A stretch of 64,000 nt of DNA from Eledone cirrhosa (Eukaryota), in NCBI GenBank assembly GCA_964016885.1, contig OZ024741.1, positions 46,438,001-46,502,000 on the forward strand. Reading direction: 5' to 3'. A model generated the notes under the pieces. It had not been told where the DNA came from and did no database searches. It was given only the letters and a program-made list of their open reading frames with translations. Below, piece after piece: positions 14,757 through 30,341 of this stretch. Position 1 is the stretch's first letter. Every line of letters begins with the position of its first letter. The position numbers and the translations under genes were made by a program.

Positions 14757-16048
14757 ATGTCACTTGTGGCAAAGACCCTCAACAGGATGATTCTTAACAG
14801 GATCCAGCCTGAGATGGAGAAGAAGCTCAGGGACAACCATAACGGCTTCAGAGAGGGTAGATCAACCACCAGTCACATCCTGATGCTGAGGAGGATATTA
14901 AAGGGAGCTAGAGCAAAGTGCCTTCCTGCAGTCATGGTTTTCATTGACTTTAGGAAGGCCTTTGATTCTGTGGACCGTTACTGCCTGATGAAGATCTTAC
15001 AGGCTTATGGAATCCCCAAGAAAATAGTGGACCTGATATCACTGCTCTACACCAACACCAAAGCCCAAGTCATTACACCTGATGGGATGACAGAGTTCTT
15101 TGAGATACTGGCTGGAGTTCTCCAGGGAGATACATTGGCTCCCTTCCTTTTTAATCATCGTAGTGGACTATTGTATGCGTCTTGCACTGGAGAAACACCA
15201 GGACTCTGGCTTTACTGTAGCACCGGCTCAGAGCAGGAGAGTTAGGGCGAAAAAGGTATCGGATGCTGAATTTGCCGACGACATAGTTTTGGTGACAAAT
15301 ACAGTGAAGGAGGCAGAGGATTTGATGCGGGAGGTTGAGACTGTGTCGATGAGTGTGGGGCTGAGAATGAATAAGACTAAAACAAAATATCTGGTAGAGA
15401 ATGTTGAGAAGCCAGAGGGGATCACTAATGTAGGTGGGAAGCCGCTAGAATTGGTTGAGGGCTTCCTGTATTTGGGAACAAAGATTGGGAATACGGAAGA
15501 TGATGTGGTTGAGAGGAAGAGCAAGGCCTGGGCGGCGTGCCACAGCTTGAGATCGGTGTGGAAGTCGGACCTTCGTAAAAACCTGAAAATCCGCCTCTTC
15601 ATTGCTGTAGTGGAGTCTGTGCTGCTGTATGGGTCTGAGACTTGCACACTGACCAAGAAACTCACTCAGATGGTGGATGGGTGCTACACGAGAATGCTGA
15701 GGATGGCTCTGAACATTAATCTAATCAGTATACACTGAAGATGAAAAACTCAGAGCTGTATGGGAGCATCCCAAAAGTCAGCTCAAAAGTGACACAGAGG
15801 AGACTGAGGTTAGCTGGACATGCTCACCGACATCCAGAGTTGACATTGCACTCAGTGCTCCTTTGGGAGCCCCTACATGGACACACTAGAAGAGGAAGAC
15901 CAAGGTTAACGTATGTTGATGCCCTAAGGACATACACTGGTCTGTTGGAGACGCAGGACATGGCAGCGATAATGAGGGACAGAGACCGCTGGAGAGAACT
16001 CGTCCATGGATCTCGGGAATTTTACCCGCCTTAGATAGATAGATAGAT
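14757..16048 (+). mobile_element. 5'-truncated RTE-clade LINE (RT pseudogene) with (TAGA)n tail
   Basis: FIDFRKAFDSV, GVLQGDTLAPFLF, FADD, ESVLLYGSET, RRLRLAGH, GRPRLTYVD. Frameshifts near 15150 and 15725. Ends CCGCCTTAGATAGATAGATAG. Confidence 0.9.
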
Positions 16049-16535
16049 GTTTAATTAAAAACATTTTGAAGACTTTGCGCTATTATTTTAAAGTAGTGAC
16101 TATGTCACTTACTTCTTTTTTCAGCAAAGGAAGGGAGATAAGCTGACAGGTCTGTTTCACATTGTTGGAGTTCAGCAGAGCCTAGTACTCGCCGACTTCT
16201 GCCGAAGATTATAGAGGCTGGATTCTTATAGAATTCCAGTAATATTCAGGAACTGATTATACAGAGCGATTGTCGGTCCAGCAAAAATAAAAAATTAGAA
16301 TTGGTGCTCTGAAATAGCGATTTATACATGAATGTATATATAGTATATTTGGTGATATACTGTATATTTAATTAAAAATGACAGAGGTCGGCGAGTACTA
16401 GGCTCTGATGAACACCAACACATTTGCTGAAAAAAGAAGTAAGTGACATAATCACTACTTTAAAATAATAGCGTAAGGTCTTCAAAATGTTTTTAATTAA
16501 ACATACAGTATATCACCAAATATACTATACATACA

Positions 16536-16540
<5 letters not shown>
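16049..16540. mobile_element. Fold-back Penelope-like terminus interrupted by the RTE insertion
   Basis: 14720-14760 joined to 16049-16130 is the reverse complement of 16423-16537. Contains the hammerhead at 16140-16183. Confidence 0.65.
16140..16183 (-). ncRNA. Hammerhead motif (A6C in this copy)
   Basis: AGGCT-CTGCTGA-ACTCCAACAATGT-GAAA-CAG AC CTG-TC-AGCTT. The opposite arm (~16400) retains AGGCTCTGATGA. Confidence 0.6.
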
Positions 16541-16602
<62 letters not shown>

Positions 16603-16842
16603 AAGCAAATTATAAACGTAAACATGTAAGTATGTTTTTGAAACGGTGCGCGAGTTTTAAATTATAAATTATAAATTATAAGCTTTTACCGTATTCTAGA
16701 CTAAAGAAATTTCTAGCCTGATTGTGGGGTCTATAACCCTCGGAGAAATGGAAAAAGATGAGTGTTGCCATTAAAATAACAGATTAAACTTTAGTCTTCA
16801 CATTTATTATTATTACTATATATATATATATGTATATATATA

Positions 16843-17545
16843 TAAACGGAAAAAATGAAACGAAATTTCATTTCTCACTCTTAGTACGGCTGTTACTTAA
16901 ATATAAGTATATATACGTACATATATGTATACAGACGTACAGTAGTATGTATATATATATATACATACATGCACACATATATATATGTACGTATGGATTC
17001 ACCGAACATTTATTATAATGCTCGGTGTGTTTGTAAACAAACATCCCGAATTACGCCGTACAGTGTCTAGCAACCATCGTTGCTCATTTGTTCAACACTG
17101 ACAAAGGAACGCTGTACTAGTTTCAAGCTTATTAGCTATCGTCAGCAACGTATACCTTCCTGCCAGATGATTGAACGTCTGAAATATATACTTTCCTTAT
17201 GCATATTAACGGCTGAGTAGCCCAATTTGCATATCGAGTGAGTTAATCGGCCGGGGTACCGAAAGCGATAAACGGAAAAAATGAAACGAAATTTCATTTC
17301 CCACTCTTAGTACGGCTGTTACTTAAATATAAGTATGTACACGTACATACATATATGTATACAGACGTACAGACGTACGGCTTAATACGGGATGTTTGTT
17401 TACAAACACACCGAGCATTATAATAAATGTTCGGTGAATCCATACGTACACATATATATATGTGTGCATGTATGTATATATATATACATACTACTGTACG
17501 TCTGTATACATATATGTATGTACGTATACATACTTATATATACAT
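16843..17545 (-). mobile_element. Penelope-like element end with partial tandem repeat and inverted segment
   Basis: Direct repeat 16843-16940 / 17268-17370 and inverted arms ~16905-17060 / 17375-17540. Hammerhead at 17109-17151. Confidence 0.65.
17109..17151 (-). ncRNA. Minimal type-I hammerhead ribozyme
   Basis: ACGTTG-CTGACGA-TAGCT aata AGCTT-GAAAC-TA-GTA-CAGCGT. The core is canonical. Confidence 0.8.
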
Positions 17546-17556
17546 ACATATATATA

Positions 17557-17635
<79 letters not shown>

Positions 17636-17639
17636 AAAA

Positions 17640-18184
17640 TGTGCTGCGGGTTGTTAATGGGTTACATATGAATAAAGTTAGTCCTTCATCAGTGATCTTC
17701 CAACCATCATTGGTATTTCATCGCTTCTTTAAAGACCATATACCTCCGGTTGGTGCGAGCAACGGCTAAAAAAAGTCGTTGGTACACGTAAATAAAGGCG
17801 ACACGAGTGTAAACAAACAAAAATGGTGAAGCAACGAAAAGTGAGGAAGAACGAGTCAAGTCCCAAATTTCTATGAATTTAAATTCGGTGAAATCGTGAA
17901 CGAGAGAGAATAAAGACCATCAAACCTGGTTGGAATGTAAGCAAGGAAGGAATTCCGTACAGGTCTAACGGGAGGAAGAAGGGATCTAGTCTGTGATTTC
18001 GGTGAACGTAAGTTCTGTGAAATCGTAGACGAGAGAGAGAAAAAAGCGACCTGCCAGACCAAGGGTGCGAAAGAAAAGAATTACGCACAGGTCAAACGGG
18101 AAGAAGGAGGAGGAGGAGAAGTAGTAACAGAGAATGAGTGAGTGAAGAGTGAGGAAGAGGCTAACAGAGAGAGTGACTGCTAGG
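17640..18184 (-). repeat. Diverged copy of the 1731-2910 repeat family
   Basis: Reverse-complement homology, e.g. GGTTGGTGCGAGCAACGGCTAAAAAAAGTCGTTGG. Confidence 0.8.
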
Positions 18185-18612
18185 ATTAGTATTGACGTAC
18201 ATGTACGTCAATACACATCTTTTTCCATTTCTCCGAGGGTTCTTAACTCCACTATCAGGCTAAATAATTTCTTTAATTTCTTTAGTCAAAATACGGCGAT
18301 AGCTTACATTTCTAAAATTTCAAACCCATGTTTCGAAAATATTCTTACTTGATATATATATATACATATATTCTTTGGTATATTTAGTCTGGTATCTTTA
18401 ACGTGTCTGCTACTCCTCTGCCCTGGAAACTAAAGCTATTAATTAGAATGTCTGCATGTGGACGCAATTTCAATGCTATCTTTCATTGACTATGTTACAT
18501 TCATTCTAAAGTTAACAACCTGCTATGAATACATAACTTCAAAAACCTATTCAAAATAGGTGAATAATAATTTGCAAGAAATACATACATACATATATAT
18601 ATGTATGCTTGA

Positions 18613-18671
<59 letters not shown>

Positions 18672-18708
18672 GACACATATATATATATATTTGTATACAC
18701 ACACACAC

Positions 18709-18795
<87 letters not shown>

Positions 18796-18796
18796 C

Positions 18797-18863
<67 letters not shown>

Positions 18864-18888
18864 TATATATATTTGTATACACACACAC

Positions 18889-18951
<63 letters not shown>

Positions 18952-19561
18952 CATATGTGTGTGTCTATATACTCACACATACATACACGCACATGTGCAT
19001 GCATACATACATATATAGATATATATACATATATATATATATACATACATACATACAAACTTACATATATACATACATACACACATACACATACGTACAT
19101 ATACATACATACATACTACATACATACATAAATACATACATACATACATACATACATACATACATACATACATACATACATACATACATACATACATACA
19201 TACATACATACATACATACATACATAAGTATTCTTTTGTAACTAACAAATTTGCGGAGAAATTATAAATTAAAAAGTTTGAGTATCAAAAAGAATTTATT
19301 GAAATTAATTTAATACATTGATGGTGTTCCCATATTGATTTTATCACAGAGAAATATTTGACCAAATACAAATAGTACACTCACGTATTTTACTCCAATA
19401 TGATAGATTTCTATGAAAAGAAATAATTTTCTAAAATGGTTATTATTTATTTTTTCGACTTTAATCATTTTCACCAATTCAAAAATCCCACCAACCTTTA
19501 TTTCCTTACTTCACTTTACTGCGCACATACGCAAACAGATACACACACACACACACACACA

Positions 19562-19611
<50 letters not shown>

Positions 19612-19797
19612 GACACACAGACACGCATACAGACAAACTGACATACGCACTGGTCCACACACAGAGACACACAGGCAGACACACACACACAGGCACACAC
19701 ACAGAGAGACACACACAGACACAGAGACACACAGACAGACACACACACACACATACACCCTCACAGACAGACACAGACACACACACACACATACACA

Positions 19798-19850
<53 letters not shown>

Positions 19851-19979
19851 GTGTGTTTCTTTCTAGTTACGTGTAGTTGTATTGCTATAGTGTATACCTA
19901 GATATATATGTATATATGCGTGTGTGTGTGTGTATGTTTATATATATATATATGAATATATGTGTGTGTATGTGTAGAA

Positions 19980-20010
<31 letters not shown>

Positions 20011-20031
20011 TAGATGGTTACATAGATAGTG

Positions 20032-20093
<62 letters not shown>

Positions 20094-20236
20094 CCAAACA
20101 TTAATATGGTTCATTGATTACTCAATGAATATAGTTTTACAATAGATTAAAAGCACTCTACAATGAAGTTTTCTGGAGTTATTAATATTATTCAAAATAT
20201 TAATAAATGAAGACGTTCACATAATCAAAATATATG

Positions 20237-20298
20237 TTTTATTATATATATTTCGGAGGTACTGTGCTGTTTTTTCAGTACGTCCTCATCAGATAAAA
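20237..20298 (-). ncRNA. Type-I hammerhead ribozyme
   Basis: Reverse complement of 20408-20469. Confidence 0.85.
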
Positions 20299-20407
20299 TA
20301 TATGAATTGATGTATGGCATATCTGAACTGTCTTGATGGTTCAATTCCAGTATTGGCAGTACTGAACTATCAAGACAGTTGATGTATGCCATACATCAAT
20401 TCATATA

Positions 20408-20469
20408 TTTTATCTGATGAGGACGTACTGAAAAAACAGCACAGTACCTCCGAAATATATATAATAAAA
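20408..20469 (+). ncRNA. Type-I hammerhead ribozyme
   Basis: TTTTAT-CTGATGA-GGACGTACTG...CAGTACCTCC-GAAA-T ATAT A-TA-ATAAAA. Related to 628-680. Confidence 0.85.
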
Positions 20470-20514
20470 CATATATTTTGATTATGTGAACGTCTTCATT
20501 TATTAATATTTTGA

Positions 20515-20587
<73 letters not shown>

Positions 20588-20594
20588 ATATATA

Positions 20595-20670
<76 letters not shown>

Positions 20671-20696
20671 TATATATATATATATATAAATATATT

Positions 20697-20748
<52 letters not shown>

Positions 20749-20874
20749 GTAGGAGGTGAGTTTTATTGTAGTACAATAAAGCAATGCAGATATCGGATAA
20801 GAAGCACTCTACAGTTTGTGGGACTGGAGTATGCATAATATAAGATCAAAAGATGGTTAAAGGAGTTCCATATA

Positions 20875-20941
20875 TTTTATTATGCGCATTTCAAAAACAA
20901 ACATCATTAAGCAATAATATTTGTGTTTTCATCAGATAAAA
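20875..20941 (-). ncRNA. Type-I hammerhead ribozyme
   Basis: TTTTAT-CTGATGA-AAACACAAATATTATT gctt AATGATGTTTGTTTTT-GAAA-T GCGC A-TA-ATAAAA. Homolog at 27615-27683. Confidence 0.8.
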
Positions 20942-21010
20942 CAGGAGAACATGATATGAAGGCTAAAAAAAACACTTGTTGATAGTGCAGTTTTAAATCA
21001 ACATATGTAT

Positions 21011-21182
<172 letters not shown>

Positions 21183-21548
21183 GCGTGTGTATGGATATAT
21201 GTTGTTTATGTGTAGAAAGAGAGATGGTTTAAAAGAAATACTGAAATTTGATATTAAATTTTAATACCCAAAACTGACAAGCGAGATCTGTTTCGACAAA
21301 AGTATAAAAAAATATTAAATGAAAATATCGGAAAACTTAAAACAAAAAAAATCAACACTTCTGTTATACGTTTGGCAAATTTATAAAATACGTACGTACA
21401 TACACATACGTGTGTGTGTGTGTGTTTGTGTGTGTGTGTGAGTATGTGCGCCTGTGCGTGCGTGGTATGTGTGTGTCTGTGTGTGTATGTGTGTGTGTGG
21501 CTGTGTGTGTCGGTGTGTGTCGGTGTGTGTGTTTGTGTGTGTGTGTCT

Positions 21549-21607
<59 letters not shown>

Positions 21608-21729
21608 TGAGTGTGTGTACTTATAAATGTTTTAATGTTGAAAACATGAAAGATATTTGTGAAATATCAACAACTCGTTGAAATATATAGCTTCCTCATT
21701 TATCTAAAGGCTAATGAATATATAACAAC

Positions 21730-22835
<1,106 letters not shown>

Positions 22836-22863
22836 TATATATATATATATGTATATATATTCT

Positions 22864-22897
<34 letters not shown>

Positions 22898-22963
22898 CAC
22901 ACACACACATACACACGCGTACATTAACATACAAAGAGACTTATACACACACACACACACACA

Positions 22964-23032
<69 letters not shown>

Positions 23033-23140
23033 CCCCGTATAAGACAAGAGCTGAAAAATATCTTTTAACATGTTAAAATATCCCCCACTCACTTACTGAC
23101 ACATTCCTACTGAACATCCCTCTACCACGAATTACTCTGC

Positions 23141-23242
<102 letters not shown>

Positions 23243-23729
23243 TCTTAATAGGCATTTGAACTGTCAACAGGCTGCTGTTCGCACACACATCCCTGCTAAC
23301 CATTATCACAACAACGAACACTTTACTACTACTACACACACACACACACATATTTGTTGTGAAAGAGTCATTTCTCAGTCTTGGCGCAAAATCAATTTTT
23401 TACATTCACATGACCTCTACCGACCAATCAAAATTGTTTTGACCACAAGAATTTTTGCAACACGAATTGGCGCAAAAAACCAATTTTAATAGCGCTGGAG
23501 CCACTTTTTTAACATAAAAACAGGTAGAAGTCCCAAAAGTAAACAGATCAGAGCAAACATCACGGACGCTCTATCTCAAAATTATTTTTGAAAAGCATTT
23601 AGAAATGCGCAACCGGTAAAACTTAAAACCAAAACTGAATACTAACCAATACAATTACTAATTCTCATTTATTCCTAATTAAACTATTTTTCACTGTGAA
23701 CAATTTGTCAGCATTTTCTATTCCGTTTA

Positions 23730-24506
<777 letters not shown>

Positions 24507-24535
24507 TGTCTATATCTATATATATATAGATAGAT

Positions 24536-24708
24536 ATGTTTCTTTATTAGCCACAGGGGCACAAAAGAAGGGGACAAATACAAAGGGGGAAGTTTACATA
24601 CAATAAAAACGTGTAAAATATTATCACAAATGCAATTTAAAAATTAATCGATTTTCCTCAATAGGGGGAGACATTTCATATGGGTAACACATACCCCCGA
24701 AAAAAAAT
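24536..24708 (-). mobile_element. 5'-truncated Tx1-family 3' end in (GATA)n
   Basis: Homologous to 33778-33975 (ATGTTTCTTTATT.GCCACA.GGGC...CCTCAATAGGG) with the same junction into (GATA)n. Confidence 0.75.
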
Positions 24709-24731
24709 ATATATAGATAGATAGATAGATC

Positions 24732-24767
<36 letters not shown>

Positions 24768-24768
24768 T

Positions 24769-25010
24769 AGACATGCTCACCGACATACAGAGTTGACATT
24801 GCACTCAGTGCTCCTGTGGGAGCCCCTACATGGACACACTGGAAGGGGAAGACCAAGGTTAACGTATGTTGATGCCCTAAGGAGAGACACTGCGTCTCCA
24901 ACAGACCAGTGTCTGTCCTTAGGGCATCAACATACGTTAACCTTGGTCCATGGATCTCGGAAATTTTACCCGCTCTAGAAAAAATAGATAGATAGAGAGA
25001 TAGATAGATA
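24769..25010 (+). mobile_element. Short RTE 3' fragment with internal fold-back inversion
   Basis: Matches 15817-16032. 24889-24946 is the reverse complement of the adjacent RTE segment. (GATA)n flanks. Confidence 0.8.
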
Positions 25011-25137
25011 TAACTTGATCACATACTTCGTTAGTTTAACGCACACACATACACACACGTACACAGAAACACACTCACACATAAACATATAAATATATAT
25101 ATCCGCTGTCTCTCTCTTCCTATCACTCTCACTTTAT

Positions 25138-25250
<113 letters not shown>

Positions 25251-25326
25251 TGTGTATGTGTGTAGGTCAGTGTGAATGTGTGTGCGTTAAACAAACGAAG
25301 TATGTGATCAAGTTATATCTATACAC

Positions 25327-25386
<60 letters not shown>

Positions 25387-25392
25387 ACGCGC

Positions 25393-25424
<32 letters not shown>

Positions 25425-25425
<1 letters not shown>

Positions 25426-25780
25426 GAACAATGAAAACAAAAGGCAAAGCTTAGTGCTTAATCGCTTTATTGTTTTACGATCGTTTCAGAAGGCTGATTT
25501 ACCATGGTAAATCGGTATCGTGACTAATCGATAGTAGTTATGCGACTCCATATTATTAGTGTTGATATAATAGATCCATCTCACCGTCTTCTTCAGACAC
25601 ATTGTTTGTCTTCTTAATGACTTCTACAAGACTAGAATTGTTTCATAAAAATGAAACAATTCTAGTTCTGCAGCAGTCACTTCTATATAAAATAAAGATT
25701 AATATACTCTACTAACGTATTGAGGACCTGTTCTTAAATACGGATACCTCCCAATACGCATCGGGAATACACCCATAGTT
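25425..25780. mobile_element. Penelope-like terminal fragments with a degenerate long-loop hammerhead on the minus strand (25472-25600)
   Basis: Minus strand GTGT-CTGAAGA-AGACGG...CCTTCT-GAAAC-GATC-GTA-AAAC-AATAAA. Small hairpin at 25631-25668 and tail motif at ~25705. Confidence 0.45.
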
Positions 25781-25913
25781 ATATATATATATTTATATAT
25801 ATGCATACGTATATTATATGTATATTATATACATATACATGCATACATATGTATATGTGCATTATACACACACACACAAACATATATATATGTGTGTGTA
25901 TGTATTTTTGTAT

Positions 25914-26523
25914 GTCAGGTCACCACTTGGTGCTACTGGTAACATGTATCCCAGTACAACCTGTCTCATGGTCGGGTCGTTGGCGACTAAACTGGCAACC
26001 CCACCAAGGTTTCTTGGTGAGGAGGGTGACTTTGGACATCCTGCAGGACTAAAAACAAAACCTGTCAAAGGGCAAAGGAGCTCTTAAGAGTCAATGGCCA
26101 TCCAAAATCACTGGGAGAGATGACCCCTTAGCCTTTGTCAAGGCAGAATTCTAGGAGAGGGAAAACTCTGATATAACACCTGCAACCCTGATGGTATCCA
26201 ATGATGTTGACTTGTTCTTCTTTTTGGTAAATATCATCTTGGTTAAGAGAGTGGGACTGGCTTTGTGCAGTGCCTTTGCTCACTATAAAAGCTTCACGGC
26301 ACAGGCATTGCTTTATATCTGGAGATCTCTCTGCACTTGTCGTCGCATGGTACCAAGGGCCCAGCACTATGTGTCAATAATTGTCACAGGTGTAGTGTTT
26401 GTACCAGAGTTTTCAAGTCGCTGGCTGGACTAAAAAGTCACACTCGTTCAGCGCATCGGTAGGGGTTCTCCTACATGGATATAAAGTAGTGGCCGTACTC
26501 GAAAACGAGTTGGCAGCCACCAT
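25914..26523 (+). mobile_element. ~610-bp non-coding retroposon (family N), full length
   Basis: Starts GTCAGGTCACC and ends ACTCGAAAACGAGTTGGCAGCCACCATGT. Multiple near-identical copies in the window. Confidence 0.85.
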
Positions 26524-26541
26524 GTATATATATATGTGTGT

Positions 26542-27027
26542 CTTGACAAAGGCTAAGGGGTCATCTCTCCCGGTGATTTTGGCTGGCCATTGACTCTTAA
26601 GAGCTCCTTTGCTCTTTGACAGGTTTTGTTTTTAGTCCTGAATTCAGGCAGAATTCTGGGAGAAGGAAAACTCTGATAAAACACATGCAACTCTGATGGT
26701 ATCCAATGATGTTGACTTGTTCTTCTTTTTGGTAAATATCATCTTGGTTAAGAGAGTGGGATTGGCTTTGTGCAGTGCCTTTGCTCACTCTAAAAGCTTC
26801 ACGGCACAGGCATTGCTTTATATCTGGAGATCTCTCTGCACTTGTCGTCACATGGTACCATGGGCCCAGCACTATGTGTCAATAATTGTCACAAGTGTAG
26901 TGTTTGTACCAGAGTTTTCAAGACGCTGGCTGGACTAAAAGTCACACTCGTTCAGCGCATCGGTAGGGGTTCTCCTACATGGATATAAAGTGGTGGCCGT
27001 ACTCGAAAACGAGTTGGCAGTCACCAT
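26542..27027 (+). mobile_element. Family N copy with 5' inversion
   Basis: 26542-26640 is an inverted internal segment, followed by the forward 3' part. Confidence 0.8.
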
Positions 27028-27061
27028 ATATGTGTGTATATATATATATGTATATATATAT

Positions 27062-27298
27062 ATTAGAAAATAGAATAGCTTTCACCGTATTTTTGACTAA
27101 AGGAATTTTAGCCTGATAATGGGGTTTAGAACCCTCAGATAAATGGAAAAGGTTGAGTATTGACGTACATGTACGTCAATACTCATCTGAGGGTTCTAAA
27201 CCCCATTATCAGGCTAAAATTCCTTTAGTCAAAAATACGGTGAAAGCTATTCGATTTTCTAATTTCAAACCTGCTCACTGTTTCAAAACATACTTACT

Positions 27299-27300
<2 letters not shown>
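27062..27300. mobile_element. Fold-back element with central palindrome
   Basis: Arms 27062-27140 / 27185-27262 around GAGTATTGACGTACATGTACGTCAATACTC. Relatives at 16620-16770 and 18188-18352. Confidence 0.65.
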
Positions 27301-27374
<74 letters not shown>

Positions 27375-27614
27375 GGAGGTGAGTTTTATTGTAGCACAAT
27401 AAAGCAATGCAAATATCGGATAAGTAGCACTCAACAGTTTCTTATTATTATATTTTTTTCTATCTATATTCTTTTCTCCTCTTCCTTACCTTTTCCTTCC
27501 CCCCTTCCTTTCCTTTTTTCAAATCTCATATATCCATGTTATTTTATTTTTCATATGTTGATTTAACACTTCACTGCTCGCAAATGTTTTTTAAGCTTCA
27601 TATCATGTCTCCCT

Positions 27615-27683
27615 ATTTTATCTGATGAGAATGCAAATATCATCGCATGATGATATTTGTTTTTGAAATGTGCATAATAAAAT
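27615..27683 (+). ncRNA. Type-I hammerhead ribozyme
   Basis: ATTTTAT-CTGATGA-GAATGCAAATATCATC gcat GATGATATTTGTTTTT-GAAA-T GTGC A-TA-ATAAAAT. Confidence 0.8.
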
Positions 27684-27825
27684 ACATGAAACTCTTTTAA
27701 CCATCTCTTGATTTTATATTATATATATAGAGAGATGAATGTATGTATGTACGTTTGTACGATGTATGTACGTATGTACATAGGTATGTATGTATGCATG
27801 TATGTATATACGTATGTATGTATGT

Positions 27826-28312
27826 ATCCTGCAGGACTAAAAACAAAACCTGTCAAAGGGCAAAGGAGCTCTTAAGAGTCAATAACCATCCAAAATCACC
27901 GGGAGAGATGACCCCCTTAGCCTTTGTCAAGGCAGAATTTTAGGAGAAGGAAAACTCTGATATAACACCTGCAACCCTGATGGTATCCAATGATGTTGAC
28001 TTGTTCTTCTTTTTGGTAAATATCATCTTGGTTAAGAGAGTGGGACTGGCTTTGTGCAGTGCCTTTGCTCACTATAAAAGCTTCACGGCACAGGCATTGC
28101 TTTGTATCTGGAGATCTCTCTGCACTTGTCGTCACATGGTACCATGGGCCCAGCACTATGTGTCAATAATTGTCACAAGTGTAGTGTTTGTAGCAGAGTT
28201 TTCAAGTCGCTGGCTGGACTAAAAAGTCACACCCGTTCAGCGCATCGGTAGGGGTTCTCCTACATGGATATAAAGTAGTGGTCGTACTCGAAAACGAGTT
28301 GGCAGCCACCAT
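27826..28312 (+). mobile_element. Family N copy, 5' truncated
   Basis: Begins at ATCCTGCAGG, has an intact 3' end, and has (TATG)n on both sides. Confidence 0.85.
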
Positions 28313-29030
28313 GTATGCATCTATGTATGAATGTATGTATGTAAGTATGAATATATGTATGTATGAATGTATGTACGTATGAATATATGTATGAATGTAT
28401 GTATGTGTATGTGGATATGGATGATGCTCTTTCTATTTATGCCTCACGTCAGCGCTCATTGATCCACGATCTCCAAATCGTGATCATCCCGGTTTCTTAT
28501 CAAACATTGTATATGAAGGACTTCTTCATCAAATCTATCGGTAAAATGTGATTTTATTTCGAAGGAGAAATTAGTGTGATGCAGAGAGTTTGGTCTTTCT
28601 TGTATAGCTTCTAGTTGATAAAGAGCACGTAATCTGATGCTCTTCTGTCAGTAATCTATTATTGAGTGTTGATTATTAAGAGATTAAAGTTTTCTATCTT
28701 TCTATCTAGCTGTTCGTTCGTGATATTCTACTCCGTTAAATTGAAACCTTTCATAAGTACCCGTATCATATAAAGAGTTTATAGGTCTCCCTTTTTAATC
28801 TCAGATAATTGTAAAACTCTTTTATTTTACTGAGATAACGTGTAAGAAATCAAATGGTAGAGATTTCAAACTTAAGAATTGAAATCGGAGAGATGCTTTT
28901 AAACACACCACCATCCTTAGATTTGATGACTGCTGTGCTATTGAAAAATGTGAAAATAAAGATAAACAACACCCTACAATCGAAGCAGTTTTGAATTGGG
29001 GGGCTTAAATGGACCTTATGAAAGTAAGTG

Positions 29031-29370
29031 AAGGTGTATGTCTTAGTAGTTAGAGCATTGGGTTTACAATCGTGAGGTTGTGAGTTCGATTCTCCGACCG
29101 GATTTTGCGTTGTGTTCTTGAGCAAGACACTTTATCTCACGTTGCTCCAGTTTACTCAGCTGTAGAAATGAGTTGTGACGTCACTGGTGCAAAGCTGTAT
29201 CAGCCTTTACCTTACCCTTGGACAACATCAGTGGCGTGGGAGGGGAGACTGGTATCCATGGGTGACTGCTGGTCTTCTGCAAACAACCTTGCCCGGACTT
29301 GTGCCTCGGAGATGGAACTTTCTAGGTGCAAATCCCATGGTAATTGGTGGCCGAAGGTCTTTACCCTTTA
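29031..29370 (+). mobile_element. tRNA-derived SINE (family B)
   Basis: A-box-like TGTCTTAGTAGTTAGAGC, B-box GAGTTCGATTC and body GTGTTCTTGAGCAAGACACTT. Truncated homolog at 42692-42955. Confidence 0.75.
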
Positions 29371-29661
29371 ATTTGCATTTTTATGAAAGCAAGTTCAATT
29401 CCTTGCGGTTGGAAATAACTTTCATATAACGTAGTGCATTACTGTGGCTCCTAATTTCAAAGATTATTTTTATTGTGTTTTTCACCATTCATACAAACTA
29501 CCACAAGTATAACTGCTGAAAAGCAGGTGTAACTTAGTAAGAGTTATATGATATCTACATTATGATATGTGATCACTTAGCTCTAGGTAAGGTAATTCAC
29601 TATTGTTTATATTGGAGTTATCAATCATATTGATAAAAGAAACACACACATATACATGTTA

Positions 29662-29696
<35 letters not shown>

Positions 29697-29803
29697 CGTG
29701 TGTGTGTGTGTGTTTGTGTGTGTGTGCGTGTGTGTGTGTATGTGTGTGTGTGTATGTGTGTGTGTGTGTGCGCGTGTGTGTGTGTGTGTTTGTGTGTGTG
29801 TGC

Positions 29804-29875
<72 letters not shown>

Positions 29876-29881
<6 letters not shown>

Positions 29882-30341
29882 GGTAAACAGAAATAACAAC
29901 ACAATCGGTACAGTATATGGAAGGTATATATTAGGTTAACGCTTGATATAGCAGGAAGACGGTCTTAACGCTTCGGACGCTAGTCTTTCATCAGAAGAAA
30001 GAATGAAAAATTGAAGGTACTAGGGTGGGAGTGAAAAATAGACGGCTGAGAAGAATGTAGTAGAGGAAAAAGTGGTAGAGAGTCGTGGAATATTTAAATG
30101 CAAGAAGCAAACAGAATTTCAAAGATACGAAAGATTTCCTGGTGTAAGTTCAGGTGTACTCCGGGTTGGTATCCAGTTTCGAGGTGAAAGTCTAATCAGA
30201 AAATCCAACGAATTTTGAGAGGTCCACGTAAGCGTTGATAAATATATGTATGTAAAAAGTAAACAGAAATAACAATATAATCGGTACAGTATATGGAAGG
30301 TATATATTAGGTTAACGCTTGATATAGCAGGAAGAGGGTCT

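Larger units (their letters stand above)
20095..20520. mobile_element. Fold-back Penelope-like terminus with a hammerhead in each arm
   Basis: Near-perfect arms 20185-20345 / 20362-20520, with the tail toward 20095 and (TA)n on both sides. Confidence 0.8.

Noticed and set aside
28420-28560. Possible host exon (similar candidates at 14220-14340, 33280-33470 and 46850-47010)
   Set aside because: Unique-looking sequence, but I found no recognisable protein motif or consistent splice pair. RNA-seq or homology data would be needed.
29031-29105. Functional tRNA gene
   Set aside because: The A/B boxes are degenerate, there is no clean cloverleaf, and it continues into a repeated SINE body.
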